Of a stretch of DNA of 64,000 nt, positions 62,522 to 64,000 are shown piece by piece; position 1 is the first letter of the stretch, and each line of letters begins with the position of its first letter. The notes beneath the pieces were generated by a model. That model had not been told where the DNA came from. It did no database searches and saw nothing but the letters and a program-made list of their open reading frames with translations. The stretch comes from Candidatus Woesearchaeota archaeon (GTDB lineage Archaea; Nanobdellota; Nanobdellia; Pacearchaeales; GW2011-AR1). The translations under genes were made by a program, and so were the position numbers. The stretch lies in the NCBI GenBank assembly GCA_964623495.1, contig CAZUTV010000002.1, forward strand, positions 18,789 to 82,788, written 5' to 3'.

Positions 62522-63850
62522 TTATACCCTTATCATTTCTATTTCAAGATTTTTCTTTATTAAGTCTAGGAATTTGTCTTCGTGATTTTTTGAAATTACA
62601 GCTCCTGCTGCATTTTCGTGGCCACCAAACTCGCCACCTATTCTTTCTACGATCCCTCTTAACAATTCCCGCACATTTCTTCCGTTCCCTCCAACGCTTC
62701 TTACAGAGATTTTTATTTTATCCTCGTAATGCGCCATGGTGGTTATTACTGTGCCCTCTTCATATAATGATGAGTGAGAGAGTATACTTGCAATTGTGCC
62801 AATCATTGTATCTTTTATTTGGTCTTTTGCGTTTATTATTAAAAATCCGTTTCCATGTATTTTTTCTATCCTTTCCACAAACTCCAAGGATGATATCAGG
62901 CTTTGTTTATATTTTACATATATAGACTCGGCTCTTTTCTTTGAAGAGGGAATTTCCATTAAGAATTGAATCGCAACTTCCCCATTTCCTGATCTTGAGC
63001 AGGCATTGATTATAGCAGAAATTTCTCTTGCATCTTCTAGTTTTCCGAACATTTTAATTAGAAATATATCTCCTATTATTTGCTTGTGCTTTGTTTTTGG
63101 GTTTCTTAGCATTATTGAAGTAGTGAGCTTTTCCATTTCTTCCTTTTCAAGTTCAAGAATTGTTTTGTATTTCCCATTCGAGGGGGTTAAATTAACTTCT
63201 CTAAGTAATTCTATAACTCCTTGTGAACTTCCTGTAACTCCCGGTATATATGGTTCCGAACAGTATTCTAGTGTTTTATTTAAGGGGCGTGTTGACGGAT
63301 AAATAAGCAAGCCTTTTTTTCTTTTAATGTCTCCATAATCCAGTATTTCTTTATTAAGTTTATCAATGTCTCTTTCCAGCTGATCTCCGACCATTCCAAG
63401 AATAGCCAATTTTGCTAAGGGCTTAATGTCTTCGCAAAGCTCTTTGCAAAATAGATAAACCAGGCTAGAACTGCTAATTTTTTGCTTTTTATGGAGTTCT
63501 GGATTAATAATAAAGATGCTTTCTGGCACTTTTTGGGTTATTTCGTGGTGATCTATTACAAAGACCTCTTTTAACCCGGCTTCTTCAATATGGTTTAAAC
63601 TATTGGAAGCTAGATCTAGAAATAATGTGACTTTATCTTTTTTTAAATCGTTTATTGAATTTTTTTCAAGACTTTTGACTATCTTTAAGGTAAATTTTTT
63701 GTCTAGTCTTTTAAGTGTTTTTGTCATAATTGTTGCAGAGCTTATTCCGTCTGTATCAAAGTGACTGATTACCTGAACCTCCTTATCCTTTGATTTTTCT
63801 AAGAAAGCTTTTGCAGAGAATTTGATTGCATTTTCAAGAGAGTTTTCCAT
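62522..63850 (-). CDS. RecJ-like DHH phosphoesterase (archaeal GAN/Cdc45 homolog)
   Basis: 442 aa. DHH motifs are HFDTDGISS, LDLASN and VIDHH; the C-terminal DHHA1-like region contains GGGH (FGGHENAAG). Confidence 0.8.
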   Translation of the reverse strand: MENSLENAIKFSAKAFLEKSKDKEVQVISHFDTDGISSATIMTKTLKRLDKKFTLKIVKSLEKNSINDLKKDKVTLFLDLASNSLNHIEEAGLKEVFVIDHHEITQKVPESIFIINPELHKKQKISSSSLVYLFCKELCEDIKPLAKLAILGMVGDQLERDIDKLNKEILDYGDIKRKKGLLIYPSTRPLNKTLEYCSEPYIPGVTGSSQGVIELLREVNLTPSNGKYKTILELEKEEMEKLTTSIMLRNPKTKHKQIIGDIFLIKMFGKLEDAREISAIINACSRSGNGEVAIQFLMEIPSSKKRAESIYVKYKQSLISSLEFVERIEKIHGNGFLIINAKDQIKDTMIGTIASILSHSSLYEEGTVITTMAHYEDKIKISVRSVGGNGRNVRELLRGIVERIGGEFGGHENAAGAVISKNHEDKFLDLIKKNLEIEMIRV

Positions 63851-63872
63851 ATCACCAATTTTATAAAATTTA

Positions 63873-64000
63873 TTATTTATAGTAAGCCTTTAATGTTCTT
63901 AGCTGAGCAAAAACACGCTCTTTTTCTCTTCTAGCCCGCTTATCTTGCTTGTTTTTTTCAACATGTTTTTGAATTTTCTCTAGTTTGGCTTCTATGTTCT
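63873..64000 (-). CDS. C-terminal end of a basic coiled-coil protein (gene starts beyond the window end)
   Basis: Reverse-strand frame reads ...NIEAKLEKIQKHVEKNKQDKRARREKERVFAQLRTLKAYYK-stop (stop at 63873-63875); it is open at the window edge. Confidence 0.3.
   Translation of the reverse strand, partial: NIEAKLEKIQKHVEKNKQDKRARREKERVFAQLRTLKAYYK

Noticed and set aside
1-64000. tRNA genes
   Set aside because: I scanned intergenic regions on both strands for T-loop/T-stem signatures (GGTTCGAATCC / GGTTCAAATCC and reverse complements) and cloverleaf-compatible acceptor stems. I found none convincing. A proper tRNAscan-SE run could still find one, especially within 3128-4023.

Overview
This 64-kb window is AT-rich (roughly one-third GC by eye) and carries an unmistakably archaeal gene set. 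The compact genes, numerous pilin-like and giant surface proteins, a bacterial-type MetK and split Hef/MFS genes are most consistent with a small-genome DPANN-like archaeon (Woesearchaeota/Pacearchaeota-like). That assignment is an inference from gene content only.

Recognisable chromosomal genes:
- Replication and repair: Orc1/Cdc6 with an upstream ORB-bearing origin, PolD small and large subunits, RPA, RadA, a Hef-like helicase and XPF nuclease encoded as two genes, and a RecJ/GAN-like DHH nuclease.
- Translation: archaeal TyrRS, aIF-2 alpha and aEF-1 beta.
- Metabolism: MetK, NDK, an arginase-family enzyme, 2'-5' RNA ligase, an AsnA-like ligase and an M16 peptidase.
- Cell surface: a complete archaeal type IV pilus locus (FlaI-like ATPase, FlaJ/TadC-like platform, about nine pilin-like genes, prepilin peptidase) and a 2077-aa Cys/Trp-rich surface protein.

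The most unusual part is the left 6 kb (hereafter the left-end island):
- It begins with a large serine recombinase running off the window edge, translationally coupled to a HAD-GNAT-nucleotidyltransferase operon.
- Next comes a nearly perfect 19-bp palindrome present in three copies, a probable pseudogene and an anomalously GC-rich non-coding block.
- Then follow two families of iteron-like repeats surrounding two divergently transcribed paralogous genes (coiled-coil, tandem-repeat linker, winged helix-turn-helix (wHTH)) and a third wHTH gene.
- The predicted chromosomal origin (oriC)/cdc6 follows immediately.
- I read the island as a candidate integrated plasmid- or virus-like replicon or an origin-associated regulatory module that has not been described.

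Other oddities are a homolog of the ArmA/FmrO 16S rRNA methyltransferase family, a TyrRS whose HIGH motif appears degenerate, and a recurring 'GGGA..AAAATGAAAGATG' leader.

I found no rRNA, no confident tRNA and no CRISPR array. All calls are by eye, so coordinates of short motifs may be off by a few bases.
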